A stretch of 64,000 bases of DNA from the human T2T-CHM13v2.0 reference genome, Homo sapiens, in NCBI RefSeq assembly GCF_009914755.1, contig NC_060942.1. One strand, given 5' to 3'. The notes under the pieces are model-generated. The model was not told the origin of the DNA. It saw only the letters and a program-made list of their open reading frames with translations, and did no database searches. Positions 25,201 through 39,140 of the stretch are shown piece by piece. The number at the start of each line of letters is the position of its first letter. The stretch's first letter is position 1. Made by a program: the position numbers and the translations under genes.

Positions 25201-28085
25201 ACCACAGGGGAATAAAACTGGAAATCAACTCCAAAAGAAACCTTCAAAACCATGCAAACACATGGAAATTAAATAAGCTGCTCTTGAATGAGCATTAGGT
25301 CAAAAAGGGAATCAAGATGGAAATTAAAAAATTCTTTGACCTGAATGACAATAATGACTCACCTTTCAGTATCTCTGGGGTATAGCAAAGGCAGTGCTAA
25401 GAGGAAAGTTCATAGCCCTAAAAGCCTACATCAAAAAGTCTGAAAGAGCACAAACAGACAACCTAAGGTCACACCTTAAGGAACTAGAGAAACAAGAACA
25501 AACCAAACCCAAACCCAGCAGAAGAAATAACCAAGATCAGAGCAGAACTAAATGAAATTGAAACACATAAAAAATACACGAGATAAATGAAACAAAAAGC
25601 TGGTTCTTCAAAAAGATAAATAAAATTGATAGACCATTAACAAGATTAGCCAAGAAAAGAAGAGAGAAAATCCAGATAACCTCACTGAGAAATGAAACAG
25701 GAGATATTACAACTGACACCATTGAAATACAAAAGATCGTTCAAGACTACCATGATCATCTTTAACACATAAACTAGAAACTCTAGAAGAGATGGATAAA
25801 TTTCTGGAAAAAATAAAACCCTCCTAGCTTAAATCAGGGAGAATTAGATACTCTATACAGACCAATAACAAGCAGTGAGATTGAAATGGTAATTAAAAAA
25901 TTGCCAACAAAAAAAAAGCCCAGGAGCAGATGGATTCACAGTAGAATTCTACCAGACATGCAAAGAAGAATTGGTACCAATCCTTTTGATGCTATTCCAC
26001 AAAATAGAGAAAGAAGACACCCTCCCTAATTCATTCTATGAAGCCAGCATCACTCTAATACCAAAACCAGGAAAGGACACAATCAAAAAAGAAAACTACA
26101 GACTGATATCCTTGATGAACAAAGATGCTAAAATCCTTAACAAAATACTAATTAACAGAATCCAACAGCATATCAAAAAGATAATCCACCATGATCAAAT
26201 GGGTTTCATACCAGGGATGCAGGGATGGTTTAACATACACAAGTTAATAAATGTGATACACCTCATAAACAGAATTAAAAATGAAATAATCATCTCAATA
26301 GATGCAGAAAAAGCATTCAACAAAATCCAGCATCCTTTATGATTAAAACCCTCAGCAAAATCGGCATGCAAGGGACATGCCTTAATGTAATAAAAGCCAT
26401 CTATGACAAACCCGCAGCCAACATAATACTGAATGGGGAAAAGTTGAAAGCATTCCCTCTGAGAACAGGAACAAGATAAGGATAGCCACTCTCACCACTC
26501 CTCTTCAACGTAGCACTGGGTCCTAGCCAGAGCAATCAGATGAGAAAGAAAGAAAAGGCATCCAAATCGGTAAAGAGGAAGTCAAACTGTCACTGTTTGC
26601 TGAGGATATGATCGTTTACCTTGAAAACCCTAAGGACTCCTCTAGAAAGCTCCCAGAACTGATAAAAGAATTCAGCAAATTTCCAGATACAAGATTAATA
26701 TACACAAATCAGTAGCTCTTCTATACACCAACAGCAACCAAGGAGAGAATCAAATCAAGAACTCAACCCCTTTTACAATAGCTGCAAAAAATAAAAATAA
26801 AATACTTAGGAATATACCTAACAAAGGAGTCAAAAGACCTCTGCAAGAAAAATACAAAACGCTGCTGAAAGAAATTATAGATGACACAAATGGAAACACA
26901 TCCCATGCTCATGGATGGGTAGAATCAATATTGTGAAAATGATCATACTGCCAAAAGCAATCTACAAATTCAACACAATCCGCATCTGAATACCACCATC
27001 ATTCTTCACAGAATTAGAAAATACTAAAATTCATAGGGAGCCAAAAAAGAGCCCGCATGGCCAAAGCAAGACTAAGCAAAAAGAACAAATCTGGGGGCAT
27101 CACACTACCTGATTTCACACTACCTGTAAGGCTAACCTGGATACTTACAGCCAACTGATCTTTGACAAAGCAAACAAAAACAAAGTGGGGAAAGGACACC
27201 CTTTTCAACAAATGGTGCTGGGATAATTGGCTAGCCACATGTAGGAGAATGAAACTGGATCCTCATCTCTCACCTTATACAGAAATCAACTCAAGATGGA
27301 TTAAGGACTTAAACCTATGACCTGAAGCTATAAAAATTATAGAAGATAACATTGGAAAAACTCTTCTAGACGTTGGCTTAGGCAAGGATTTCATGACCAA
27401 GAACCCCAAAGCAAATGCAATAAAAGCAAAGATAAATAGATGGGGCCTAATTAAACTAAAGAGCTTTAGCATGACAAAAGGAACAGTCAGCAGAGTAAAC
27501 AGACAGCACAGAGTGGGAGAAAATCTTCACAATCTATACAACTGACAAAGGACTAATATCAAGAATCTACAACAAATGCAAATCAGTAAGAAAAAAACAA
27601 TCCCATCAAAAAGTGGACGAAGGACATAAACAGACAATTCTCAAAAAAGATATACATACACAAATGTCCAACAAACATATGAAAAAATGCTGAACATCAC
27701 TAATGATCAGGGAAATGCAAATCAAAACCACAATGTGATACCGCCTTACTCCTGCAAGAATAGCCATGATCAAAACATCAAAAAACAGTAGATTTTGGCG
27801 TGGATGCGGTGAACAGGGAACACTTCTACACTGCTGGTGGGAACATAAACTAGTACAGCCACTATGGAAAACTGTGGAGATTCCTTAAAGAACTAAAAGT
27901 AGAACTACCATTCGATCCAGCAATCCCACTATCGGGTATCTACCCAGAGGAAAAGAAGTCATTATCCAAAAAAGATACCTGCACATGCATGTTTATAGCA
28001 GCACAATTCACAATTGCAAAATCGTGGAACCAACCCAAATGCCCATCAATCAACGAGTGGATAAAGAAACTGTGGTGTGTGTGTA

Positions 28086-28163
<78 letters not shown>

Positions 28164-28532
28164 AATACAATGCAGCCATAAAAAGGAATAAACAGCATTT
28201 GCAGTGACCTGGATGAGACTGGAGACTATAATTCTCCTGAGTGATGTAACTCAGAAATGGAAAACCAAACATCATATGTTCTCACTGATATCATATTTTT
28301 GTAGAGATGGAGCTAAGCTGTGAGGACGCAAAAGCATAAGAATGATACAATGGACTTTGGGGACTTGGGGGGAAGAATGGGAGGGGGCGAGGGATAAAAG
28401 GCTACAAATATGGTGCAGTGTATACTGCTCAGGTGATGGGTGCACCAAAATCTCACTAATCACCACTAAAGAACTTACTTATACAATATATGTCATCTGT
28501 ACCCCAGTAATTTATGGAAAAAAAATAAAAAC
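22267..28532 (+). mobile_element. Near-full-length L1PB1 (5' UTR, disrupted ORF1 and ORF2, 3' UTR, A tail)
   Basis: ORF1 pieces (SPRHIVIR, IRLTADFS, YPAKLS), endonuclease (ILTWNVNGLN, LQETHL), RT ([28 protein letters not shown]), L1PB1-type 3' UTR 'gaatgatacaatggactttggggac'; many stops and frameshifts. Confidence 0.92.
28075..28158. repeat. Compound (GT)n(AT)n microsatellite inside L1PB1
   Basis: Pure GT run 28091-28132 followed directly by AT run 28133-28158. Confidence 0.95.
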
Positions 28533-28554
28533 TTAGGACAATAATATTCCTCCG

Positions 28555-30080
28555 AAAATGCCAGATATAAAGTTATTAAGATTTAGTCCTGTGCTTTCTT
28601 CTAAGAGTTTTATAGTTTTGTCTCTTACATCGAGGTCATTGTTCCATTTTGACTAAATTTTATTGTGTGAGGTGGCTATCTTCATTCTTTTGCATATGGA
28701 TATGATCTAGTACCATTTGTTATAAATGGTACTATTCTATCCTCATTAAATAATCTTGCCATCCTTGTTGAAAATCAGTTTACCACAGAAGTGTAGGTTT
28801 GTTTCTGGACTCAGTTTTATTACATTGATCTATACTGCATGTCTATGCTTATGTCAGTATCATGCTGTTTTGATTACTGTAACTCTGTAGTAAAATTTGA
28901 TATTGAGAAGTGTGATTCCTCTAACTTTATTCTTATTTTCAAGACTGTTTTGGCTATTTGGGGCTTTAGCAATTCCATATAAATTTTATTATTATTTTAG
29001 AGGCAGGGTCTTGCTCTGTCACCCAGGTGGGAGTGCAGCGGCATAATCATAGCTCACTGTAGCTTTGAATTACTGGGCTCAAGAGATCCTCCCACCTCAG
29101 CCTTCCAAGAAGCTAGGACTACAGGGGCATGCCACCACGCCTGGCTATTTTCTCAAATATTTTTGTAGAGATGGAGTCTCACTATGATGCCCAGCCTGGT
29201 CTTTAACTTTTGGCCTCAAGTGATCTTTCCGCCTTGGCCTCCCAAAGTGCTGGGATTACAGGTATGAGCCACCACACCTGGCCTCATATGAATTTTAGAA
29301 TATACTTCTCCATTTATGCTAAAAAGGTAGTTGGAATTTTAACAGTGATTGCACTAAATCTAGAAATTCATCTGGGGAATATTGTCATCTTAACAATATT
29401 GATTCTTCTAATCCATGAACATAGGATTTTTTTTTTTTTTTACTTAAAGTTCTCTTTTATTTCTTTCAACAATGTTTTGTAGTTTTCAGTGCACAAATTT
29501 GCACCTCCTTGTTCCAATTTTTTTCTTAAGAGTTTCATTCTTTTGGATGCTACTGTAACTGGAATTGTTTTCTGAATTTCATTTTGAGATTGTTAACTGC
29601 AAGTGTACATAAATATAACTGATTTTTGCATGTTGATTTTATATCCCAAAACTTTGCTAAATTTATTAACTCAAATGTTTTAAGCATTTTGAGGGCATAT
29701 TTTCCTATGTAAGATCATGTCGTCTGTGAGTAGAAATAGTTTTACTTCTTCCTTTCCAGTTTGGCTGCCCTTTAATTCTTCTACTAAGTTTGCTTTAGGT
29801 ATAACTTTGAAGTGCAATGTTAAATAAAAGTGATGAGAACCAGCATCTTTCTTTATTCCTGATCTTAGGGAAAAAGCTTTCAGTCTTTCACCATTAAGTG
29901 TAACGTTAGCTGTTCATTTTATAGATGCCTTTTATCCAGTTCAGGAATTTGTCTTCTATTTCTAGTTTTTCAAGTGATTTTGTCATAAAAATGGTTGGAT
30001 TTTGTCAAATGCTTTTTCTGTGTAAATTGAGATCACATGTTTCTTTCTTTTCATTCTATTCATATGCTATATTATATTGA
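28555..30080 (-). mobile_element. Continuation of the L1MB host, interrupted by an AluJ
   Basis: Resumes at 'ctttcttctaagagttttatagtttt' and runs to RT motifs 'cctgatcttagggaaaaagctttcagtctttcacc'. Confidence 0.8.
28988..29283 (-). mobile_element. AluJ
   Basis: Diverged dimeric Alu; TSD-like catataaatttt / catatgaatttt. Confidence 0.9.
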
Positions 30081-31890
30081 CTCCTACTTCCTCCTGGGGG
30101 ACCTTCTGCTTCACCTGACACCTGATCTGCATCACCTCACACATCATGTTCTTTGTAGATAGAAGTAGGTGAGAAGGCTCTGCAGTGGCTAGTGGGTGGC
30201 TGATCCCTGCAGGCGAGCTCAGGTGCCTAGCAGCCTGGTGCTAGTGATTGCAGCCCCAGTCACTAAGGCCTCCCCAGCTGTTTTTCATTTTTAAATGTGC
30301 TTATTCTCTCTCAAATAATTGCTCTTGGAAATCCTCTCTCCAGTTCCAATCTCAGGCTTGGTCCCTCTTATTTTGCAACTCATCTTCTTTAGTGTTCAGG
30401 ACGGCCTCTTTGGGAACATGATATTTGAGCTGAGACATATTAGGTGAGAAGGGCCAAGCAATAAGAAATTTTAGGAAAAGAGGGTTCCAGCAGTGGCCTT
30501 TTCTCTGAGAGCTTTGTTCTAAAGCTTGGAGAAGTGCTTTTCTCTTGGGCACCCTTCATATTATCTGTTTTCTGCAAACTAGACTTGAGGAACTTCCTTG
30601 AGTCAAGTTTTTTCAGAGAATAAAAATATTTTCAGTCCTCACTGATAATAAGTAGCTCTTAGTTATTAGACACATTAAAAAGAAATGATGGAGAGGGCAA
30701 AAAAGAGTAAGGAAATCATATTATTCAAAGAAATTGGGAGATTAATAAAGTGTAAGGGAAGGAGAGCCAGAGAGATGTACACAGTGAAGAAATGCCCATT
30801 GTGTTGAGATGAGCCCGTATTATGAGCAATGGTAGATTTGGGCTGACAATTTTCTCTCCCTCCTAAATGAGTGTCACAAAAATATTCTTAAAAATGACAC
30901 TTGAGTCCTCTACAGATATGGAAAGAAACAGGCTAATTTACGATTTCTAATCCAACAATGTGTCAGTCTTTCTATTTGAAAAATGCAGTAAAGTAATGGC
31001 TTTTGCTGTGTGCCTGAAAACTTTTCTACTTTGCCAAGATAATTCTCTTTTTCATTCTTCCTTTCAGATGAAATCGGTGTCTTGAATCTGAGTTATTCTT
31101 ATTCAGATTTTTAATGGAAAGACAAAAAAGAAGCATGAAAAAATCCCCAAACTATACAAACGGAGAAAAATGACCAAAAATGAAACATAGCTCATTAAAA
31201 CCTCCATCTGTGTCAAGACAGAGCTTATTGAGAAAGTTGGCTTTTATTTCTCATGGCTTTCCAACCATTAATTTTTATCACCATATACTGCACTGTATTC
31301 CTTAAAATCTGTAGTTTATCCCATTCAAGGTCAGTAAAATAATTCAGGCAAACGAATGGTAAATTCAGGACTATAGGTTGAACTACAAACTTTTGGTTGA
31401 ATGATCTAAGATAAAATAAAACTCGTTAATTTTTGACGATTTATAGAATCTTGGAATTTGAAGGTTATAAGCACCTTTAGTGTCTTCTAATTACTATTTC
31501 CTATTGGAAGTCTTATACTGTATCTGAAATGAAACAATTATCCTTGTTGGTTGTGACAAAACTGCTCTTCTGGTCACCCTTTTTTCTTCTCAATTCTCCC
31601 TGTAATTTTGACCATTAATTCTACTTAGAAAATATTCTCAGTACTCATTTTACACTTTAAATATACAAGTGTACCCCAGTTGATATCACTACCCTGTTCT
31701 GAGCATGAATGAAACTCCTGACAAAAAGGATAGCAAATAATGGTGACTCACAAATCACACTACAAAGGTAGAATTAACCAGTCTTTGTAAGTTACTAATT
31801 AAGAATATAATATTCTTAATTAGAATACCACAACTCCAGGTTTCTTAGAATAGACAAGTTGTAAAGTCATAAACAAGAACAATAAACTTG

Positions 31891-32255
31891 TGAAAGGGTT
31901 CAAAACATGTCCCCACACAATATGCCTCTCTGGCATACTGGTTATTTTGAGCTGAAGGGTCTTGTAAAGCAGCAGGTGCAGTTAAGGATCTCTTACATTG
32001 CCTATCTATCTAAAAGCAGGTCATAACATTCTTAATCAGAAAGGTGCCCTCCCTGTACCAGAAAGAAAATAACATTTTTATCTCAGGAGACCAGGATTCA
32101 TGTTGAAATGGACTTGTACAAACAAACCTACTAAAATAACACTTATCTTTCATTAGTTTTACCCCTATATTTTCTAGTCACTGTACTGCCCCTAACCCAA
32201 GCCCATGTGTTCTGTCACATTTGCACAATTTATGCTTCTTTGTGTTAAAAAGGTA
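31891..32255 (+). mobile_element. ERV1 solo LTR (MER34-like), 5' part
   Basis: Start 'tgaaagggttcaaaacatg...aatatgcctctctggcata...tattttgagctgaagg'. Confidence 0.7.
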
Positions 32256-32257
32256 TA

Positions 32258-34635
32258 AAGGCAAACTTTGTGTTATTGTGCTTTGTTACTGCACTTCATA
32301 GATCCTGTGTTTTGTTTACAAATTGCAGATTTTCAGCAACCCTGTGTCAAGCAAGTCTATGGCACCATTTTCCAATAGCATGCGTTCATTTAATGTCCCT
32401 GTGTCACCTTTTGGTAATTATTGAAATATTTTAACCTTCCATTATTATTATGTTGGTTGTTGATATGTGTGATCAATGCTCTTTGATGTTACCAATGTAA
32501 TTCTTTTAGGGCCCACAAATTGGGCTCATATAAGACAAGAAACATTATCAATAAATGTTGTGTGTGTTCTGATTGCTCCACAGATTGGCTGCTCCCCAGC
32601 CTCTCTCCCTTTCCTCAGGCTTCCCTGTTCCCTGAGACAGAATAATATTGAAATTAGGTCAATGAACAATCCTACAATGGCTTTCTAAGTGTTCAACTGA
32701 AAGGAGGAGTCGCACATCTCTTGCTTTAAATCAAAAGCTAGAAATGATTAATACTAATGAGGAAGGCATGATGAAAGCTGAGATAGGCTGAAAGCTAGGT
32801 CTCTTGAGCCAGCTAGCCAAGTTGTGAAAGCAAATAAAAATTTCTTAAAAAAAAAAAAAAAAGTGCTACTCCAGTGAACACATGAATGATAAGAAGTGAA
32901 ATAGCCTTAGTGCTGATATAAAGTTTTAGCAGTCTGGTTAGAAGCTTAAACCAGCCACAACATTCCCTTAAGACAAAGCCCAATCCAGAGAAAGTTCCTA
33001 ACTCTCTTCAATTCTGTGAACGCTGACGGATGTAATGAAGCTACAAAAGAAAAGCATGAAAGTAGCAGAGCTTAGCTCATAAAGTTTAAGAAAATAAGCC
33101 ATCTTCATAATATAAAAGTGTAAGGTGAAGTAGCAAGTGCTGATGTAAAAATTAACTGTAGCGAGTTATCCAGAAGCTCTAGCTAAGGTCATTGATGAAA
33201 GTGGCTATAGTAAACAATAGATTTTCAATGTAATTGAAACAGCCTTCTATTGAAAGAAGATGCCATTTGGGACTTCCGTAGCTAGAGAAGTCAATGCCTG
33301 GCTTCGAGTGACAGAATGGCTTTCTTATTAGGGCTAAATCATCTGGTGGCACTAAGTTGAAGCCAATGCTTGTTTACAATTCCAAAAATTCTAGGTCCCT
33401 TAAGAATGATGGTAAATCTACTCTGCTTGTGCTCTGTAAATGGAAGAACAAAGCCTGGATTACAGCACATCTGTCTATTGCATGGTTTACTAAATATTTT
33501 AAACCCACTATTGAGACCCACTACTCAGAAAAAATATTGCTTTCAAAATATTACTGTTCATTGACTAGGCGTCTAGTCGCCCAAGAGGTTTGATGGAGAT
33601 GTACAAAGATATCAGTGTTGTTTTCATGCTTTCTAATTCAACATCCACAGATCAGGAAGTAATTCTGACTTTTAATTTTTACTATTTAAGAAATACGTTT
33701 TATAAGGCTAAAGCTGCCATAGCTAGTGATTCCTCTGATAGATCTGGGCAAAGTAAGTTGAAAACCTTATGGAAAGGATTCGCCATTCTAGATGCCATTA
33801 AAAACATTTGTCATTCGTGGGAGGAAATCAAAATATTAAAAATTAACAAAAGCTTGGAAGAAGTTTATTCCAGCTCTGATGGATGACTGTGAGGAGTTCA
33901 AGATTTTAGTACAGAATATAATGCAGATGTGGTAGAAATAGCTAGAGAACTAGAATTAGAAGTGGAGCTTAAATGTGATGCATTATTGTGAGATCGCTGC
34001 AATCTCACGATAGAACTTGATTGGATGAGGAGCTACTTTTTATGAATAAACAAAGAAAGTGGTTTCTTGAGACGGAAACTACTCCTGGTGAAGATGCTGT
34101 GAACATTGTTGAAATGACAAAAGATTTTGAATATTACGTAAACTTAGTTGATGAAGCAGCGGCAGGGTTTGAGAGGACTGATTTCAATTTTGAAAGAAGT
34201 TCTACTGTGGGTAAAATGGTACCAATGGCGTGGAATGCTACAGAGAAATTTTTGTGAAAGGAAAAGTTAGTCAACGCAGTGAACTTCACTAATGTCTTAT
34301 TTTAAAGAAATTGCCACTGCCACCTCAACCTTCAGCAACCACCACCCTGATCAGTCAGCAGCCATCAATATCGAGGCAAGACCCTCCACCAGCAAAAAGA
34401 TTACAACCCTTTGAAGGCTTGGATCGTTGTTAACATTTTTTAGCAATACAATATTTTTAATTAGGTATGAACAATTTTTAAACAATGCTATTGCACACTT
34501 TAATAGACTGCAGAGTTCAAACAAGACTTTTATATACAGCGAGAAACCAAATATGTATGTGACTGGCTTTATTGCAATATTTACTTTATTGCCATGGTCT
34601 GGAACCAAACCTGCAATATCTCTGAGGTCTGCCTG
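32258..34635 (+). mobile_element. Full-length Tigger1 DNA transposon with decayed pogo-like transposase
   Basis: ~2.4 kb; ends aaggcaaact / gaggtctgcctg flanked by TA; transposase fragments ([38 protein letters not shown]). Confidence 0.92.
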
Positions 34636-34809
34636 TATAAGTTTTGGGGTCTAATAGTTTCTTTGGGTCTTCCTTTTCCTTCTAAAGACTCTTGTGTATA
34701 CATTAAAAATTGTATGCTTTTCTCCTGTTAATTTGTCTTATATCAGTTTCATTCTTAGGACCAGCCATAGAACCTGAGAGGGTAGAGAAAAGTTTTTCCC
34801 TCCCATGCA
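34636..34809 (+). mobile_element. MER34-like LTR, 3' part
   Basis: 'attaaaaattgtatgcttttctcctgttaatttgtc...gaacctgagagggtagag...ca'. Confidence 0.7.
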
Positions 34810-35716
34810 TGGTTCTGGTTTGAGAGCACTGGTTTCATGGAGTTGATGCCACTACTAAATACCTGAAAAAAGTTTGTTGCTACAATTTAGAAAAAACTCC
34901 AAACAAACGTAAATTAAATATCAATAGTAAGTGTTTGTGAATTGATCTCTTCTTTCACATATTAAAGGCACAAGAGATATTTGTTGAAGGCATAAATGAA
35001 TCTCTGGTAAATATAACAAGTTTCCCTATTTTCTAAAAGCTGTCTTGTTGGAAACATAAATGCAATCGGTCACAAATTTCCTAAAGCAGATTATTCCTTC
35101 AACTCAATATTCTTCTTTAGTAGGATTTCATTTTTATTACTAAATGCATCTTTCTGTTAGAGCGGGTTATTGAAACAATATTGTCAATGCCAATAGTTGC
35201 TTTTACTTAAATTTACAATTCATAAAAGAAACTGACATTTTCTTTAGGTAGGGAGCATGTCTGTTGTCACTATTTTATGTGTCTAGTAATGCCAAGCTTG
35301 TTTTAAAAATATAACATTCCATTATTTACCCATCTATTTCATTTTTCTCTATCTTTAGTTCTCTAACTCTATTCATACATTTTAGTATGGCTTTGATTTA
35401 CACAGCTTTCAAACTCCCTATATAAAAGAAAATGTCTTCCTACCGTTTTCACTTCTATGGGGCTTAAAGAGCACAACTCTGATTTTCAGGTAAAATCCTT
35501 TGGCTACTATTTTTTTCCCCATAGGATCTCACTGTTGGAGATTTCCATTTTAAATGTGGCTTTAATCACATTTAGGCATTGAATCTCAGGACTGCCTTTT
35601 GCAAACTCATCCAGTAGAAAATTTGCATATCAATACTTCTTATGAAAGCAAATGTGCTAAAAATGAAAAATGTATATAAATTTGAAAGATCTGCTTTGAT
35701 CATTTGTTCACGGTAG

Positions 35717-36030
<314 letters not shown>

Positions 36031-37235
36031 AGAATTCCTTATGTTTAAACTGAAGAACATTTATTTCTTTTCCTTTATAGCTATGGTAAATAAGAATGTG
36101 TGGGACTGTCTCATTTACAGTTAAAAACCTAGAAAACATCTTCCCTATTCATCTGGTAATATGGCTATTATTACTTATTCTACATTGTGAGGAAAAAAGA
36201 AAAAGAAGAGAAACATTGAAACAGTCCAAAGGGTTTAGGAGACAAAAAACTAAGGGTATAAAATAGAGGAGAACTTGCCAAGAGGAGGAGGAGGAGGGTA
36301 TGTAATCTTCTAAGGGGACTGCCAGTTTATCAGTTATACATCCTGAAATTAAGATATAATATTCACATTGTAGTGCTTCAGCATTATGCAGATACACATT
36401 TTTTTGACTTAAAATTCAGAGACAAAAATAGTCCTATTTTTGTCACAAACATGCAGGTTTGTGAGAGGGGTATGCATTTGGCATTTAATATTCTTGTTGG
36501 CTTGATTTGACTTGGTATTTGAGCCCTATAGACAGTTCCTAATTGTTTATGCCAGTAGAGGGACTCAGTGATAGGGGTAATTTAAAAATCATTTGTTTTT
36601 ATTTTTTAATGAGCATTTTTTTAAAGTAAAATGGGTAAGTCACCTTCTTCTAGAATTTGCTGTTCTTCAAGCAAAATATTTACCTCTATTGGCAAAACTC
36701 ATTTTTGAAAAATTAATCCTCTCAACTTTAATCCTGTTTTCAGCTCAAATGTTGAAAATGCCAGGGTTGGACAGCATCATATTTCACTTATTTTGATTCC
36801 AAGCCATCACTAAGTAATGTTTATCTCCCTTTAAGCTCACTGTCTCTTTAATCCACATTTGTCTGACTGAGGGCGAGGAAAACTCACTGGTTTTGGCTGG
36901 CAAGGTTGTCCTTGTAGTAGTGGCAGTATATAATCTATGCCATGCCTGCCTCTCATGAATTTTCTTTACCTATCTGCTGCTTCTATAATATAGTAGCTAA
37001 AAACATCATTTTTTCTTATGAAAAATTTTGCACACATAATTCTAAGCACAAATAACCTCAAATAATACTCTTCTCTATAAAGAATATTTAATGTCTGCAG
37101 TTACTATTTCTTTAGCAAATGTGAGCTGAATGCCTGTGCCAGGTGCCATTTGACTTATGGGGATGCAGCAGTGGCTAGAACCTGGCCCTAGCTCACCCTG
37201 AGCCAGCACCTGGTGGGAAAGACAGGCAACACACA

Positions 37236-38215
37236 CTCAGAACAAATAACTGGAACCTAATTAAACTAAAAAGCTTCTGTACAGCAATAAATAAGTAAAT
37301 ATATAAATCATTAGAATAAACAGACAATACACAGATTGGGAGAAAATATTTGCAAACTACGCATTCAACAAAGGACTCATATCCGGGATCTACAAAGAAC
37401 TCAAACAAATCTGCAAGTAAAACACAAATCTCATCAAAAAATGGGCAAAAAACATAAATAGACATTTCTCAAGTTATACATATGGCCAAAAAATATGAAA
37501 AAATGCTCAACATTACTAAGTATCAGGGAAATGCAAATTACAACCTCAGTGAGATACCACTTTACCCCTGCAAAAAATGGCCATTATTGAAAAGTCAAAA
37601 AAACAATAGACAAATGAAGTGCTTATACACACCTGGTAGGAATATAAATTAGTACAAACTCTATGGAAAGCAGTATGGGGATTTCTTAAATAACTAAAAG
37701 TAGATCTACCATTTGATCCAGCAATCCTACGACTGGGTATCTACCCAAAGGAAAAGAGTTCATTGTATCCAAAAGACACCTGTACATGTTATTTATTGCA
37801 GCACAATTCACAATTGCAAAGATATGGAACCAACCTAAGTGCCCATGGACCAATAAGTGGGTAAAGAAAATGTGGCATATACACACTATGGAATAGTACT
37901 CAGCCATAAAAAAGAATGAAATAATGTTTTTTGCAGTAACTTGGGTAGAGCTGAAGAGCATTATTCTAAGTGAAGAAACTCATGAATAGAAAACCAAATA
38001 CCATATGTTCTCACTTATAAGTGGGAGCTAAGCTATGTGTACGCAAAGGCATGCAGAGTGGTATAATCAACCTTGGAGATGCAGAAGGGGGATTGAGGGA
38101 TAAAAAAGTGCATACTACTTAGGTGATGGGAGCACTAAATCTGACTTCACCAATGTACAATTCATCCATGTAACCAAGAACCACTTGTACCTCAAAAGGT
38201 ATTAAAATAAATTAA
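37236..38215 (+). mobile_element. 5'-truncated L1PB2/3-like element
   Basis: ORF2 C-terminal motifs and 3' UTR 'gggagctaagctatgtgtacgcaaaggcatgcagagtggtataat'. Confidence 0.8.
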
Positions 38216-38841
38216 ACATTTTTGATATTATACTCATAATAAATGAGTCTTCGATATCAGGGTGAGAAATGATAGAGACAATTAAGCATGGGAAGGCAAT
38301 GAGTGACTGGATGGGACAATCTTTTAGAAAAAAATGATGCTTTGGATACTTTGAATGCAATGAGCAATGAAACTCATGGATGTCTGGGCAAGATTATCAC
38401 CATAAGAGGAAAGAGCATGTGAAAAGGCCTGAGGGGAGAGGAGGATCTTGTGTTAGGTAAATGGCAGAAAGAAGGTGGGGATGGAGCTCCTGGATCCCAG
38501 GAAATGAGGCATAGCATGAGCTGGGCCTAATCATGGAGAATCTGATAGGGGAATGGGAGGATCTGGATTTTATTCTAAGAGGGATGAACCATCATTTAGA
38601 GTTTTAAGAAAGGGAATGACACCATCTGATTGACGCATTACAGTTTACATTTTAAACTCTACTGGGAGACTTTAGAAGACTTGCTCAGTATCACACGGAA
38701 AATATATGACTCAGCTAGAGTTAACTATTGAATTCATTCAATGAAATGCGGTAGCGAAGTAAATTTAAAGATAAACTTATTCATTGAATTTCAGAACCTC
38801 AAGGTTGACTTGAGATTAGTCATCTGTTACTTGAGGTCATT

Positions 38842-39006
38842 CTTTTTTTTTTGTTTTGTTTTTTTAAGACCAGGTCTTGTTCTGTCATCCAGGTTGCTGA
38901 AGTGCAGTGATGAGATAATATATTACTGTGGCCTCAAACTCCTGAGCTCAAGTGATCTCCCACCTCAGCCTCCCAAGTAGCTGGGATGTGAGCCACCATG
39001 CCTGGC
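38842..39006 (-). mobile_element. Free Alu monomer (FRAM/FAM-like)
   Basis: Single right-arm-type monomer with T tail and exact 15 bp TSD TTACTTGAGGTCATT (38827-38841, 39007-39021). Confidence 0.85.
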
Positions 39007-39140
39007 TTACTTGAGGTCATTTTCTATTATTTCTGCCAATTGCTTTTGTAACCTTTTCCTAAACGCAAGATGGGGAGTTTCACATCACCTTAGAGGGAAT
39101 ACAAAAACACTTTTGTCCTGTCCTGAATGTGAGATGATTC

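Noticed and set aside
23750-28536. ORFs with endonuclease and reverse transcriptase motifs as an active or novel RT system
   Set aside because: They are fragments of a dead L1PB1 with many stops and frameshifts
32700-34260. Transposase-like ORFs as a domesticated TIGD/CENPB-type gene
   Set aside because: Split across frames by stops inside an ordinary decayed Tigger1
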